A stretch of DNA of 64,000 bases from Octopus sinensis (GCF_006345805.1 NC_043008.1:63860001-63924000); one strand, 5' to 3'; counted from the stretch's first letter, positions 1 through 12,720 are shown. The notes: generated from the letters alone by a model not told the origin. Made by a program: numbers and translations.

Positions 1-64
1 CACTCAGTCTTTGAGATTTATTTCCTATGACAACAATAAACTTTTAATAACATAATCAGCAATG

Positions 65-480
65 CTGGTATAGGTTATGTTTCTTTATTAGCCACACAGG
101 GCTGGACACAGATGGGACAAATTACAAAGTAGAGCTTTTCTTTTGGGGAGAAAAAAAAAGTGGGATAGGTTTTCGATCAAAAGGGATCATAGAAAGGAAG
201 AAAAAAAAAAGAAAAAAAGGAAAGAAAAAGAGAAAAGAAAAAACGATCAATAGGGATCGTGTATCAGAGAAATGTCATGATGTAAAATGTAAAGGGGAAG
301 CAGATAAGGTTTATCCATGGAAGGAAAAGCCTACGGAAAAGACCACGGTAACCTCGGTCATTAATGTCACATATTAACACATTTATTTGCAAGTAAGTAA
401 CTGTCTGTTTTAAATTTTTCCAGGTTCATAGGATTATGCTCAAGGTGGCTTCGTCCATTCATACATGCCATCCTTGCTAC
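65..480 (-). mobile_element. 3' end of an L1/Tx1-like LINE (ORF2 tail plus 3' UTR)
   Basis: Minus strand reads NVARMACM then, after a frameshift, DEATLSIIL-stop. A pyrimidine-rich UTR follows, ending ttgtcccatctgtgtccagccctgtgtggctaataaagaac. Family assignment is from recall only. Confidence 0.45.
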
Positions 481-1344
481 ATTAGGTTAGACAGTTCAAA
501 AGAATCTAATAAGCCAGAGACCTTGGTCAAATTCTAATGTCTGTTTTGATAATGTATACCTTAATAGTGGTTTCAGTGGTTTGGATAACCTTTCTAACAG
601 AAACCTCTTTACGGAGTATTCTGGGTGCACATCTTTGCAATTGGCACCGCTGAGGATACCAAGTAACTTGCATGGCAGAAAAGCATGCTCGACTGAATGG
701 TGTATAGTAGAGAACGACATGGCTTTCTGCAAGGTGTGTTTCAGGCTAAAGAATGATACAGGGACAGGACAGGTATCTTTCTGTAGAGGAGACACATCAT
801 GATATGGGAAGTAGTAGCTGAAAGAGAGCAATAAAGATGGTGATGCTGAGATGTTTAGTATAAAATATATAATGCATTGCTACAATACATAAACCTATAT
901 GGCAAACTAGAAATAGCTTGTGACTGGTATGTACTGATAATGTGCATTCCCAAAATGCAAGTTGAACTGCATTTTGCTATTGTCATCAGTATGTATCATA
1001 CACTTTTGCAGTGCATTGATGACACTGAAACAAAAGTCTTCCTGATTAAGTGCAGGTTTCTCTCACTGGATGAAGCCATAGCAATATTTGATTCTGAATT
1101 TCTCATACTGTTTTCTTGGCAGAGATAATTCGGTGGTTTGTTATTTCCTTCCCCAACAGGATGGCTGTTGGCCCACAGAGAGCTACTCAAATGGGGAAGC
1201 CAGTTTAGTAGCTGACCACTTGACCAATGAACAGGCAGTAGTGGTTTACATGGTACCAGTTGCTGGTATCATCAGCCTGCGATGAGATCCCTGATCTGAC
1301 ATATATATACGTCAGCTTATATACAGAAAGTTAAAGTAAGTATA

Positions 1345-1575
1345 TCATCATCATTGTTTAACGTCCGTTTTCCATTCTAGAATGGATTGGATGGTTTGAC
1401 CGGGATCTGGGAAGCCAGGAGGCTGCACCAGGCTCCAGTCTGATCTGGCAGTGTTTCTACAGCTGGATGCCCTTCCTGACGCCAACCACCCTGTGAATGT
1501 AGTGGGTGCTTTTTAGGTGCCACCGGTACAGGTGCCAGGGGAGGCTGGCAGCAGCTACAATCGGTTGGTGCTTTA
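1345..1575 (-). mobile_element. SINE family A copy ((ATG)n tail)
   Basis: Reverse complement of the ...gtggttggcgttaggaagggcatccagctgtagaaac...ggacgttaaac(gat)n motif that recurs many times in the window. Confidence 0.85.
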
Positions 1576-1959
1576 CAGCAAGCAAAGGGTTCTCAACAAA
1601 AAATTTAGAACATTACTCATCTTTGAATATGGAAAAGACAAAAATAATACAGCTCTTCAAAATTAAAGATCCTACTTCACTGCTACTGCTGTGTGTCATT
1701 CTAATATATCAGGACAATAATTTCTGTCATGTAATTATTCCAAACACTAAATCTAAAGTACTAATATTAATCACAGAAGAAATTTCGGATAATTCTTGCT
1801 TCATTATCCTGTCAAGTGTCTATCCTTATCTTCTTTGATATCCTTTAAATTTCTAATTAAAATGCGATATGTTTATTACACTTAGTGTCATACATCCAAA
1901 GTTATGATAAACAAAAAGCTGTAAATAATGTGTGTAAACATATTTCTTATTAAACCCTG

Positions 1960-2066
1960 TAACTTCAATTAACATTACACACACACATATATATGTACAC
2001 ACACAAGCACATATATATATATATATATATATTAATATATACACAGACAGATATATACACACACAC

Positions 2067-2118
<52 letters not shown>

Positions 2119-2125
2119 CACACAA
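1960..2125. repeat. (TA)n/(CA)n microsatellite
   Basis: Directly visible dinucleotide runs. Confidence 0.95.
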
Positions 2126-2269
2126 ATATAAATTAAATAATGAGGGCAGAAATTGATATCAATCAATTAACATCAATTTAAACCAATGGTGTAGCATATT
2201 AAAAAAAATTGAAGATCAGACAAATATATATATAAATATATACACAGAGAAAGTGAAAGCTGTATACAT

Positions 2270-2303
<34 letters not shown>

Positions 2304-2306
<3 letters not shown>

Positions 2307-2567
2307 TGGAGGCGTAGGATCACGGTTTCGATTCCTAGACCGGGCGTTGTGAGTGTTTATTGAGCGAAAACACGAGGCTCCGGCAGGGGGTGGTGATCCC
2401 TGCTGTACTCTTTCACCACAACTTTCTCTCTCTCTTTCTTCTATTGGCCTGCTCGCTTAGCCAGCGAGGGGGGCGTCATTTGAAGGCTAAAACAATGTGA
2501 ACGCATTGTGACCAGCGATGTGTAGCAACATCTGATAGCCTGGTCGGTCACGGTGATCACGGTGATA
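2304..2567 (+). mobile_element. tRNA-derived SINE
   Basis: B-box-like ggtttcgattcc, CORE-like gagtgtttattgagcgaaaacac, and a short tandem tail (ggtcacggtgatcacggtgat). Confidence 0.7.
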
Positions 2568-2639
2568 TATATATAAATGTATTAGTATATATATATACAT
2601 ATATATATATGTGTGTGTCTATGTGTGTGTGTGTGTGTA

Positions 2640-2960
2640 TAAAATTTAAAAGAAACCAAGGCTGTGTAGATTTTAGAACATAAGGGGAGGTAATTGGTTA
2701 ACGATAACCAGTTACCTCCCCTTATTTATCTACTTGTGAAGTCATTTACTTGTGAATATCATCACACACAACATGGACAAAATTTCTTCTTAAGAAAAAT
2801 ACATATTCAAATAAGTAAAACATAATATCATGAATAGCAACAGCGAAACCGGTTGATATATTAAAAATTATATTGAAGCTATGTAAGTGTGCGAACTTTC
2901 TTTTTTTAATTTCTTATTTTCATTACAATTCACCACGTGGGGATAATCGAAATTCCTCTT
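2640..2960 (+). mobile_element. Penelope-like tail remnant with a 20-bp hairpin and a degenerate hammerhead-like motif
   Basis: Stem 2680-2699/2706-2725. The segment aatat-catgaata-gc-aaca-gc-gaaa-ccggtt-g-atatatt (2824-2862) has type I hammerhead geometry with a broken first core. Confidence 0.4.
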
Positions 2961-2988
2961 TTCTGTTACTACTATATATATATATAGT

Positions 2989-3820
2989 CAGTGTGTGGTG
3001 AATAAATTGTCACCACTTTACCTTTCTAATTCCACATATGTGCATTGTTTGGCTTTCTTTTTGTTGACTACAAAGTATAGTAGGGTCAGCTGGGAACCGG
3101 CTGTGAGAAATTAGCACCATGCCGCAATTCACTCACCAAAAATTTGGAAATGTTATGCTGTACTGCTTAGCATTTGTGCTGGAAGCTCTAATATGAGCAT
3201 TTCAGAGTGTTTGGGTGTCATTCTGAAGATGTGTACCAAGAGTGATGAAAATCAGACATCCAGTCAAAATTATGGTGTTTGGAGTGTACGCTAATGATGG
3301 CAACGTTATGTCTCCATTCATCTACCGACACAGCCTCAAACTCAAAACAGAGGCTTACATCAAGTGCTTGGAGGAGGTAGTGCTACCCTGAGTGAAAAGG
3401 GTGGATGCTGGAAGACCCCCATGTCTGGCAACAGGACTCTGCACACTTCCGGACAAGCAGGAGAACCCAGTCATGACTGTCAGACAATTTCTGTGACCAC
3501 ATCCCCCTAACATCTGGCCACCTAACTCCCCACACTGCAACCCCCTTGATTATTATGTGTGAGGTGCAATTGAGCAAGAGACTAACAAAACTCCAACAAA
3601 GATAAACTGAAGGCAAGGATTATGGCAATAGTCGCCAACTTAAACAAGGAGACCGTAGAGATTGTCTGGAGGCCATGGTTGAAGCCAATGATGATTTTAT
3701 TGAATAAATTTACTCTTTTGTATTTCAAAGTATTTTTATGTAATTTTGGTAAATATATCTGTTAAAATGCAATGTCAGTGTTATTTTATTTTTGCATAAG
3801 AATTTATTCACCCCACCCTG
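2989..3820 (+). mobile_element. Internally deleted maT (DD37D) Tc1/mariner transposon
   Basis: TIRs cagtgtgtggtgaataaatt (2989) and aatttattcaccccaccctg (to 3820) in TA-rich flanks. Remnant MVFGV...QQDS...WPPNSPHCNPLDYYV at ~3255-3705 has stops and frameshifts; D-to-D spacing is 37 after repairing one 1-nt deletion. Confidence 0.9.
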
Positions 3821-3877
<57 letters not shown>

Positions 3878-4184
3878 AGCATATATCTGGTCATAGACTG
3901 ACAAATGATTTCACATCAATAAAGCACTTAGCTCTATGGATGAATAGTCAACAGTGCACTTCTTTTTTGTATATATGATACACTGACGATGTATGTGTGC
4001 GTGTGTGTATGTGTATAAGTGTGTGTAAGTAAGTAGACAAATTAAAGAAAGTGACACTCGAAGCATCTGGTAGGATTTACATATATTAGTTAATAACAGT
4101 CTCATTTGCACACACACACACAAACACATGTATGTATGCTTGCTTGCACACACATGTATGGTATGTGTGAACATACACACATAT

Positions 4185-4432
4185 ACAACTTGCCCACTGG
4201 CTTCATACACACGTGTTTGTGTGTGCACACACACACATACCTCTTCACTCTTGTGTTCCTTGCCTCCCACACTTCAAACCTACTTCCTCTTCCTGTCATT
4301 TTAGCATACCTTGATTGTTTAATTCAGAAGAAGAGCCTAGGCCCAAAACATTAATGACTTGCACTCCTCTGGCCACTCTAATCTGATCCTACCTGACTGT
4401 ATCTCTCTTGGACTCTCATTTCATTTTCAATT
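4185..4432 (+). mobile_element. Penelope-like pseudo-LTR copy 1
   Basis: ~250-bp direct repeat of 5182-5430, containing cagaagaa-gagcctaggccc-aaaac (degenerate hammerhead layout). Confidence 0.6.
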
Positions 4433-4651
4433 ACTTCATAGACTTTTACCACTTTTCAAGAACTAACTTATCTCTAAAACCCACCTGAATTACCACAGGA
4501 ATTCTATACTACTTGGATTACCAACTTCCTAGCACTTTTTGTGGACTGTTTTTTATTTGTATCTATTATAATTTTTGGTTTGAATATATTTCCAAATTCT
4601 TTATTATGTAACTGACCACAGCTGAACATTTCCAGTATAATTTGTTTACAG

Positions 4652-4789
4652 CACAATGTTGTAGATTGTTTACAACTGAAGAAATATTGGAAATTTTAGA
4701 AAATTCAGATGAAGATCAACAGGAAACGTATCAAGAGGATGTCTTGAAATCAGCTGAAAATGGAAGATTTCAAGTGGAATGTGTTAATG
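4652..4789 (+). other. Candidate 138-nt symmetric exon or piggyBac-like N-terminal fragment
   Basis: tttgtttacag acceptor, ATG|gtatgt donor, open frame QCCRLFTTEEILEILENSDEDQQETYQEDVLKSAENGRFQVECVN. The acidic LFTTEEILEILENSD motif resembles piggyBac transposase N-termini. Confidence 0.3.
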
Positions 4790-5181
4790 GTATGTCTCAA
4801 ATGAGACAGCATGCTTCACAAACAGCTGACAGTAGTAGCAATGCAGTATTAGTAGCAGACTGACAGATTACCAATTCCCAATAATTATCTTGGTCTTCAC
4901 ATATATCTAACAAATAGTTTTCAAACAATTTTTTTTTTAGTTGGGGGAGTCATGTGTTTTTGTGTTGTGGGTGTTTAGCTCAGGTACTGACACTAGATAT
5001 TTCCCTATGCTTTGATCTGACCAGGTTAAGTGTAGGCATCTCATTGTTTTATCACAGTGGATCGATGGAAAGCAGCATTAAGATTGGCTAAACTCCTTTA
5101 GTTTAGATACCTTCTGTGTGAGAATTAATGGCCTAGTGGAGTAAAAATATGAATAAGAAATAGTGTCTCTCACCATTTGAT

Positions 5182-5430
5182 TAACTCACCCACTGGCTTC
5201 ATACATACGTGTTTGTGTGCACACACACACACATACCACATCACTCTTGTGTCCTTTGCCACCCACACCTCAAACCTACTTCTTCTTTCTGTCATTTCAG
5301 CATACCTTGATTGTTTAATTCAGATGAAGAGCTTAGGCTCAAAACATAAATGACTTGCACTCATCTGGTCACTTTAGTCTGATCCTACCCAACTGAATCT
5401 CTCTTGGACTCTCATTTCCTTTTCAGTTAA
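5182..5430 (+). mobile_element. Penelope-like pseudo-LTR copy 2
   Basis: Direct repeat of 4185-4432, containing cagatgaa-gagc-ttag-gctc-aaaac. Confidence 0.6.
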
Positions 5431-6303
5431 CCCATTGGAGGAGGGATGCATTGTAAAATGACATGCAGTGTCATCTTGTCTTGATTATAGAATAATTATA
5501 CAACCTTAGGTTTTTGTGTGTTAGTGGAGGGGGGGATGGCGGAATCTAATATGACTTAATAATGATTGGCTGTAGAGATATTTAGCAATGTATCTGATGA
5601 GAGCTTGTATCAGTAAAACTATACCCCTGGATTAAATTTGGACCACAGTCTCTTTTCATCCAACCTACTGATTTCTTTGAATGTGTAACATGGCAGACAG
5701 TTATTCTTTGTTTGTTTTCTAAATCAATCTTTGCTAAAAGAACAATAGAAATCTGTATAAAAATAAAGTAAAAGTCTCATTTTCACAATGGCTGGAAAGG
5801 AATCAATGTTTTACATTAATACATAAATAAAGAAATGAGGTCCCTTCACTTGGAAAAAGAAATGTTTCTTCAGATGCGATATTTTAAGTAGTAAATGTGT
5901 TTTAGCTTCCTAAATAAATAAAGCAACAGTAACTAAGAGCACTTGATATGCTATTAGATTACCGCTTCCCTGAATAATTGATTCTAAGAAAAGAAAATGT
6001 GACAAAACGTGTTTCCATTGAGGAAAGCAAATAAACTTGTTAAGCTGACACAATATTTACCTCAAAGCAACAATTGCCCAGATACAACCAAACTAAAAAT
6101 GTTTTAACTCTTCTCTGTATGTTTGTACATCATTAAATGAGCAAGGATTCTTTCATTACAAGTGACATGCTGTTTATATAACCTTAAATGATCATGGTTT
6201 CATCTTTTAGTTGCTTTGTATTGCAAGGTATGAAAGCATTTTCAATCCTGTCTGCATCTAAAATAGTTCACCAACTCTTGGTCAAGAGAGTTACTATTTT
6301 GGC

Positions 6304-6482
6304 CAGGGGCAAAGCTAGAGTTAAATGGCACCCGGGGCAGGCATTAAAATTTTGCCCCACCACTCCCAACCAAAATTTCTTTTAATGCATAAATTAGAAA
6401 ATGATCTTGGCCTAAATTGCACCTCACTCAAAGTGGCATCCAGGGCATGTGCCCTGGTTGCCCCACCCTAGCTAAGCCACTG
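6304..6482. mobile_element. hAT-like MITE
   Basis: Imperfect 15-bp TIRs CAGGGGCAAAGCTAG / CTAGCTAAGCCACTG with GC-rich subterminal gcccc motifs. No clean 8-bp TSD remains. Confidence 0.6.
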
Positions 6483-6610
6483 TTGGTGCCTGCATACCTG
6501 CCACAGACAATGTTGAAGATGTGAGAGCTGCAGAGAGAGAAGGCAGCCTTAGCAACTGGCTGGTATTCAAAATAGCTGAATAGACTCGAGCAACACTACA
6601 TGAAGTGTCT

Positions 6611-7007
6611 TACTCTCTTTTACTCTTTTACTTGTTTCAGTCATTTGACTGTGGCCATGCTGGAGCACCGCCTTTAATCGAGCAACTCGACCCCGGGACT
6701 TATTCTTTTGTAAGCCCAGTACTTATTCTATCGGTCTCTTTTGCCGAACTGCTAAGTAACGGGGACATAAACACACCAGCATCGGTTGTCAAGCAATGCT
6801 AGGGAGACAAACACAGACACACAAACACACACACGCATACATATATACGGCGGGATTCTTTCAGTTTCCATCTACCAAATCCACTCACAAGGCTTTGGTC
6901 GGCCCGAGGCTATAGTAGAAGACACTTGCCCAAGGTGCCATGCAGTGGGACTGAACCTGGAACCATGTGGTTGGTAAACAAGCTACTTACCATACAGCCA
7001 CTCCTGC
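6611..7007 (-). mobile_element. SINE family B (tRNA head, internal microsatellite, (aaagagt)n tail)
   Basis: Matches copies at 17346, 29512, 43880 and 48580. Confidence 0.9.
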
Positions 7008-7520
7008 GTTTTATTCAAGAACACATTGAGCCACCAAGTCCAAACACTTTAACCATGATGTGCTTTCACATTATTACTCTTATGCACATTTCTAATGCAC
7101 TGGTCTTTTCTACTACGAGCACAAAGTCTGAAAATTTGGGGGAGGAGTCGAGACAATTGCTCTCAATGCTCAGTGCTCAATTGGTGCTTATTTTATCAAC
7201 CTTGAAAGGATATAAGGCTAAGTCCACCTCATTTGAATTTGAATTCAAACCATAGAGCTGGATGAAATGTCACTAAACATTTTGTCCAGTGTGCTAATAG
7301 GTCTGTCAGCTTGCCACATTGATTTCTGATGTAATTATGTCAGATGATATGTTGTATCTTCTTAGATTTATTGTAGATTTTAGTTTTTTTCTCTATCATG
7401 TGTTTGTGGTGAGTATTTTCCTGCAATATCTTTTTCAAGTAATATATTTTTCATGATAAAGACTTGAGATCTGATGGTGAGAGTAATGGCTTCAGAAATA
7501 TTAAGTTGTACATATCTATA

Positions 7521-7745
7521 TTTCTTTACTACTCACAAGGGGCTAAACATAGAGGGGACAAACAAGGACAGACAAAGGGATTAAGTCGATTATATCGACC
7601 CCAGTGCGAAACTGGTACTTTATTTATCGACCCAGAAAGGATGACAGGCAAAGTCGGCCTCGGCGGAATTTGAACTCAGAATGTAACGGCAGACGAAATA
7701 CGGCTAGCATTTCGCCCGGCGTGCCAACGTTTCTGCCAGCTCGCC
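7521..7745 (-). mobile_element. SINE family C (central gcctttcatcctttcggggtcgata domain)
   Basis: Reverse complement of the ggcgagctggcagaaacg...gagttcaaattcc...aataaagaaat consensus seen at 31575, 35577, 44308 and 54040. Confidence 0.9.
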
Positions 7746-8599
7746 TTAAGTTGTACATATCATTTGATTTTACCCAGGTGGAAATGAATACCTGTAACAA
7801 CTAGGTATCAACCATGTGGTTGAGTGATGTCCTATTCAGAGGAAAATCATATACTACCTGGCACTAAATGCCTCAGAACCATTTCTAATTCTGGACTCAT
7901 GTACCAGTTTATATAACTTTAATCAGAGGCACTGCCATTAATATTGAAAGTAATTTTAAACTGATGTAGGCATCACGGTGTACTTTTCCTACCATTGCAT
8001 CATCCATGAGTTGCATTCATTACAGAAAAAAATATCCAATGCTGGATGTCAATGTTTGGACATTTTGGCACCCAACTCTGTTCATTGCATCAGACTTTGG
8101 AACATGGAATAGTTCTTATCAGTAATGAAACCATGAAACTAGGGATAACAGAACATATGTCATATAAAAATGGAAATGACATGCCACAATAAGATAAAGC
8201 TTCCATCATAAACAAAAAACAACCCAAAATAGACTATGGCAGAATAAAAGAGGCAATACGTATAGAAATATTTTACTATGACAGAATCTAAACAGTTTAG
8301 TGCTTAGTTCAGCTAACTAGAGAAAATGAATTAGCTCTTTCATTGATGTTTATATCCTCTACTTTGTGTGCAACCTGAAAGATCTTCTATGGCAGTTATT
8401 CCAATATTTTTCACTACCAATGGCCCCTTTAAAGGTTTTATTTTTCCAATAGACCCTAACATTGTGAAATGCCAGTAAGTTATTTTACACAGTAAGCTGA
8501 TTTTATTAAGAAACTCAATTTTTTGGTTGCATTTCCTAATGAATATACATACATACATACATACACGCACACACACATACACACACACACACACACTCA

Positions 8600-8636
<37 letters not shown>

Positions 8637-8649
8637 GCACACATGAAAA

Positions 8650-9590
8650 CAGGGGTTGGACAAAATAATGGAAAGACCTTAAAATTTCAAACAAATTTAT
8701 TTTAATATGGGGTAGGACCGCCTTTGGCAGTAATTACAGATTGGATTCTACAAGGTATGAACTTGTACAAAGTTTGAATTGTTTCCAAAGGAATTTTTGT
8801 CCATTCTTCAGCTAAAACAGTCTCCAGTGCTTGTAGTGATAATGATGGAGGATATCGACTCCTTACTTGTTTTTCTAAAATGCACCATAAATGTTCAATA
8901 ATATTGAGATCTGGGGACTGTGGTGGCCAGATAAGATGTTCAACTTCACTAGAATGTTCCTCATGCCATTCAGTAACAAATTTAGCTGTGTGAATTGGTG
9001 CATTATCATCCTGAAAGATTGTGTTGCCCTCTGGAATTAGTTCCACAACCAAAGGATGAATTTGACCTGATAAAATGCTTAAATTGTCTTGACTTTTAAT
9101 TCTGCCATGAAGAGAAACCATTAAGCCAGTGGATTTCCAAGATACAGACTCCAGATCATCACAGATCCTCCTCCATGTTTAGCAGTTGGAAGAAGGCAGT
9201 CTGGGTCAAATGCTTCTTTTGGCTGTCTCCACACATGTACTCGGCCTGTGGTCAGAAATTAGGTAGGTCTACTCTAAATGCTTTACAACATCTGTTTTTG
9301 AAAGTAGTGGTTTTCTGATTGCTGCCCTTCTGTGTAATCCAGCTTTGTGCAGCTCCCAGCGAACAGTTTTTGTGGAAACTGGATTCTCGAGATGGTCATT
9401 AAGCTCAGCAGTAATTTTGGGAGCTGTACTTTTGTGATCCTTTCTAACAATCCACATAAGAGTCCGACAGTCCCCATCTGGAAGTTTTGGTTTCCTTCCA
9501 GACTTTTGTTTCAACAAGAAGGTTTTTCCCTCTTTCTCAAAGGCTGTCATTACTTTCAAGACAGTTGCTCAAACTTTCATGTTCCTGTTC
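8650..9590 (-). mobile_element. Tc1-like transposon relic, DD36E type
   Basis: ORFs 9269-9559 (GRKPKL, HTH region) and 8702-9121 (QDDNAPIHTA...WPPQSPDLNIIEHLW) with 36 residues between D and E. One TIR caggggttggacaaaataatggaaa at 8650. The first catalytic D region is deleted and the left end is missing. Confidence 0.92.
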
Positions 9591-9678
9591 GCCAAGCTAT
9601 ATATTTATATATTACTGAATAACTATATGTAACTGGATTTGGTTTGCAAGATTCTTTATGTGAGTTCGTGTGTTGAAG

Positions 9679-9895
9679 CATATTCTGTTGTGTCTGAGGA
9701 GATTCATTTTCTTTTTATGCCTTATAATTTAACACACTCACCAGTAAAATTTTCACTTGTTTCTTATTTTTATTTTCCTAAAATTTTTAGGAAAATAACA
9801 ATAAAAATAAGAAATAAGTGAAAATTTTACTGGTGAGTGTGTTAAATTATAAGGCATGAAAAGAAAATGACTCTCCCCAGACACAACAGTATATG
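9679..9895. repeat. ~105-bp-arm palindrome with essentially no spacer
   Basis: Centre ttttcctaaaa-t-ttttaggaaaa (9773-9795). Arms match the repeat family at 15585-15815 and 41700-41850. Confidence 0.9.
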
Positions 9896-12067
9896 TAACT
9901 GAGTAACTAAATATTTTACATTACAGCCTTTTAAAATTTTGATTGTAGCTCATGGGCCCCTATTAACGTATGTCAACCCTCAGGGTTCATAAATCTCAAA
10001 AAGGGGAACTATTGCTCTACATGTTTAGAAATAGCAGTCAAATCCTTGCACACCACACAGGAGCTGAAATTTGGGATAAAGAGGCAAGTTGATTACGTTA
10101 ACCCTTCTGTTCAACCAATATTTATTCTATTGACTCTGAAAGGATGAAAATTATAATCAACCTTGGCATAACGCTGGAAGAAATGTTGCAAAGAATTTTG
10201 TCTAGCATGCTAATAATTCTGCCAGCTTGCTGAAATGGAAGGGAGCAAGTCAATTACAACGACCCCCAGTGCTTAATTTGTACTTATTTTGTCAATCCTG
10301 AAAATGTGAAAAGCAAGGCTGACTTCAGCAGAATTTGAACTTAGAACACAGAGCTGGAAGAGATACCATTAAGCATTTTTTCTGGCATGCTAACAATTCT
10401 GCCAGCTCATCACCTTTATAATAAATAAATAGATAAATAAATGAATAAATAAATAGCTAAATAGATGAATAAATACATAAATAAATGAATACAAGTAAAA
10501 ATACATTTCTAATATTTAGGCATCTAATCAAACAAATAGTATTTTCAAAGCTATATTGACTGCTCTAAATTTATACTATTTCAATACCTTTTCTTTATTA
10601 GACTATAATCTGTTGATTCTATAACAAAAAAAGAATAAATAAATGAATAAATTGATTGAATTACATTTGTAGTAATGTATAGCAACTATCCCCGTATGTG
10701 CAGTTTAGCGTTGAACACATTACAACCAAAAAGGCAGACTTTTACAGACAGCAATGACATTGATCAACTATTATTATAGAAAACGGTGAGTTGAAAAGTT
10801 CATTAGTAATTGGTTCACATTCCATATTCTATTGGAACTAGATCAATTAACAGATCAATTTATTTGACCTTTTTTTTGATATATAGTTTTAGCTTTTGAA
10901 TATCATTTTTATAACTTAGCAGATAAATGTCAAGAATAGCTGATAATTATGGTATTGCAATACAATATAATTACTTGTTTTCATAGACTAATTTTGTCTC
11001 TGAACTCATATATGTGTCAGTATGTGGAAGAGAAGGTGTATGCGGGTACATGTAAAGGCCAAGAATGGCTTAAGAGAATACATTTAGAATATAAACTCTC
11101 TATTGATTTCTTCAGTTAGATAAATGACCATCTGCCAGTGATACAATTTTTGTAGGTTACACGTTTACATACACGTATCTTAATTAAACTGATATATTAT
11201 CTTTGATTTCAATAATATTAGAATCTTTTCATAATTTCAAAACAGAAGAACAAAAGATGAGAAACAATAACTTTAACAGCTATCAACAATAAAAATATAT
11301 GAAAAATATATGAACTTGAATTATATAATTAATAATCATTCACATTGTGAACAATATTTAATGAAGGGAGGAAAAACAAACAAATAAACAAACTGGGTGT
11401 AAGTGTAAACACAATATTCCTTTGATTAAGAGAAAGCTGTTAGAATAATTGGATATAAATTCAAATATATCAATGATTTATATCAATTAAAGTATTTTTC
11501 TTCACTTTGGTAATATTTCCAGTTTCTGACTCATCTCACTCATAATGATCTTAATTATTTCTCGTTAATGTATATGTTCTGAAATTCGAATTTTAACTAT
11601 GCTGCCATAATATATCAATTAATGTAAGCAATTTTTACACATGACCTTATTAATTGATTACTTTCATTCTACTTAATGAAGAATTCAAGGCTACTTATTT
11701 TAAATTCAATTTTATTCTTTTGCTGGAAGAGATAATATAGTAACAAAGCCTATGAATCGAAAGTTTTACAGTATTTGACAAAATTTGAATAAATGTTGCT
11801 TGTCATAACATTTAGTGAATATTCTAGCTTTGGATACTATCAAGAGCTAAATCGGCATAAATTTAGAAAATATAAAACTTTAAGGTATAAATCTGATCAA
11901 TTTGACTAGCTAGAAATATTCCTCATTATCATATGAGTCTGAGATCAGGCATTTTCTGAATATATTTCTAAAGGCTGGATATTATTTATGCTGTTCGATT
12001 AATTGTAAATATAATCAAGAATTTGGAAAGAAGATTTAGTAAAATATCTGTAATTTTTATACATATA

Positions 12068-12121
<54 letters not shown>

Positions 12122-12199
12122 TTGTGTGTTTATATATATATATATATGCGTGTATGTGTGTGTTTATATATATATACATATATATATGTACGTATATAT

Positions 12200-12256
<57 letters not shown>

Positions 12257-12399
12257 TATATGTATAAACATACATATATATATATGTACACACATGTACT
12301 GGCCAACCCATGCCAACATGGAAAATAGACTTTAAATGAGGGTCAATGTTTTTCTAATGAAAATACTGTTGGGATGGGTAGAGAACTTAGTTCAAAGGA

Positions 12400-12720
12400 A
12401 AAATGATAGGCTACCCAAACAGCTGTTCTACGGTCACCTTTGGAACAGGAAATCTCCTGGAGGTGCTACCATCATAATATTGATCTTGACTATTGGGAAG
12501 AACTTGCTGAAATGAGAAATTAATGGAAAACAACGTATTTCAATTCTGTTAAGTAGTCTGGGGTGAGAAAAAAGAAACTTTGTGATCAACTTCATGTGAA
12601 TCCAAACAGAGTAACCAAAACTCTACTTCAAATCATTTTGTTTCTGCTTATTGTGGACTTAGAGCACAGAAACTTAGTGAAGATTGCCTATCAGCATCAT
12701 AAAGATACCAAGTTCTGGAG
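12400..12720 (+). mobile_element. RTE-type LINE 3' fragment
   Basis: Degenerate DRLPKQLFYGHLWNRKSPGG...IDLDYWEELA, typical of the RTE ORF C-terminus. Confidence 0.65.

Noticed and set aside
496-1290. Plus-strand exons or short ORFs
   Set aside because: Frames are inconsistent. A minus-strand ggggaaggaaataacaaaccacc motif suggests an old RTE-related relic, but it is too degenerate to call.
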